From the NCBI GenBank assembly GCA_043228905.1, contig JBHGNT010000008.1, positions 19,716,001 through 19,780,000 on the forward strand: a stretch of 64,000 nucleotides of DNA. The letters are read 5' to 3'. Positions 63,151 to 64,000 of this stretch are shown in pieces. The notes beneath the pieces are model-generated. The model made no database searches, was not told the DNA's origin, and worked only from the letters and a program-made list of their open reading frames with translations. Position 1 is the first letter of the stretch; each line of letters begins with the position of its first letter. A program made the translations under genes and the position numbers. The DNA is from Azolla caroliniana (lineage: Eukaryota; Plantae; Polypodiophyta).

Positions 63151-64000
63151 AGGGGGAGTTTATTGGGATTACGGTCCCTCCGGATGGGATGGTCAGATGT
63201 CCGGGAACCGGATGACGAAGACCCGGTTTCGGAACCGGATGATGAAGACCCGGTTTCGGAACCGGATGATGAAGACCCTGGCTACGGAGCCGGATGACGA
63301 AGACCCGGTTTCGGAACCGGATGATGAAGACCCCGGCTACGGAGCCGGATGACGAATGTACCCGGAGAGAGATCCGGATGCGGGGACATATTTGTGAATA
63401 TGTTTGCCAAGGGCCCTCGAGGCTATATTTGTAAATAGCCCGAAAGTCATATGTGTATAAATATGACTTAGGGCAAACAGTTTTGAGTTGTTGCTCATTT
63501 TCTGTTTTCCACTTAGAGGGAGCGAAGTGAGAGCAGCCGAGAGAGAGAGAGAGAGAGAGAGAAAGGAAGAGGTCGACGCCTCTGTGTAATACTGCCGCCT
63601 GTGGCGAGGACAGCGAGCTCAAGGTCGTCGCCTTGCAGCTCGCCATTGTACATTCCCTGCGTATAGTGATAGTTGGAGTCTTGCACTCCCATGGTTTTTC
63701 CCGTCTAGGGTTTTCCACGCTAAACCCTGTGCATTCGAGTCTCTCTCTGTGTTTTTGATTTACTTCTGCATTGATTCGTGTTTCCTCAGTTGTGGCCGAG
63801 AGGTGAAGGTTTTTTTTGAAAGCGTCCATTTCCTAACAAAAATTTCGTCCCATATTATGCACATTTAGTATTTGTGGAACCCTATCCATAAGAGCTACTT
63901 GTAGCATGTCACAAACCATATGTCTATTGGGTCTACCACCCAGTAGCTTACAAAGGAACAAGCATTTCTTTAATCTTTCAATCTCCACATTCAGAATTTT

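Larger units (their letters stand above)
58381..63838 (+). mobile_element. Near-intact Ty1/copia (Tnt1/Tork-like)
   Basis: LTRs 58381-59045 and 63161-63838 (about 8 substitutions and a ~13-bp indel); TSD GAAAT/AAAAT; PBS TGGTATCAGAGC at 59049; PPT AAGGGGGAGTT. Confidence 0.98.
50650..64000 (-). mobile_element. Degenerate L1-type LINE in three pieces (~50650-51604, 57111-58380, 63839-64000), interrupted by the gypsy and the copia
   Basis: ORF2 endonuclease MWNIQGLG, PDILLLQEHH, RKGGV, WILVEDFHM; ORF1 zinc knuckle FYCKKTGHIAKECP. Assignment of 63839-64000 rests on the TSD. Confidence 0.75.

Noticed and set aside
63083-63829. 248-aa antisense ORF over the 3' LTR
   Set aside because: The frame is not preserved in the 5' LTR (~13-bp indel) and much of it is repeat-derived.

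Overview
This 64-kb window is eukaryotic, AT-rich and heterochromatin-like, and is almost entirely nested transposons. The element lineages suggest a non-seed land plant (bryophyte or fern); that host assignment is inference. Four full-length Ty1/copia elements lie at 8151-13779 (+), 21057-27602 (-), 31481-45506 (+) and 58381-63838 (+, near-intact). Two Ty3/gypsy elements retain both LTRs: 33865-42334 (-, Athila/Tat-like with a large extra ORF) and 51605-57110 (+, fungal Ylt1-like). There are also five solo LTRs with target-site duplications (TSDs), chromovirus/gypsy/copia fragments, two LINE remnants, a pogo-type transposase relic, a PR-1 (CAP) pseudogene, a tRNA-Leu(CAA) relic and degraded intron-containing ORFs. 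No intact host gene was found. The most unusual observations are three. (1) The 33865-42334 gypsy has no polypurine tract (PPT); a second, inverted tRNA-Arg primer-binding-site (PBS)-like sequence sits in its place. (2) Three insertions whose LTRs start TGTCGTGAAG all have 4-bp TSDs centred on CG. (3) A LINE's 5' region begins with a tRNA-Leu copy. All coordinates, alignments and tRNA matches were made by eye and from memory, without database searches.
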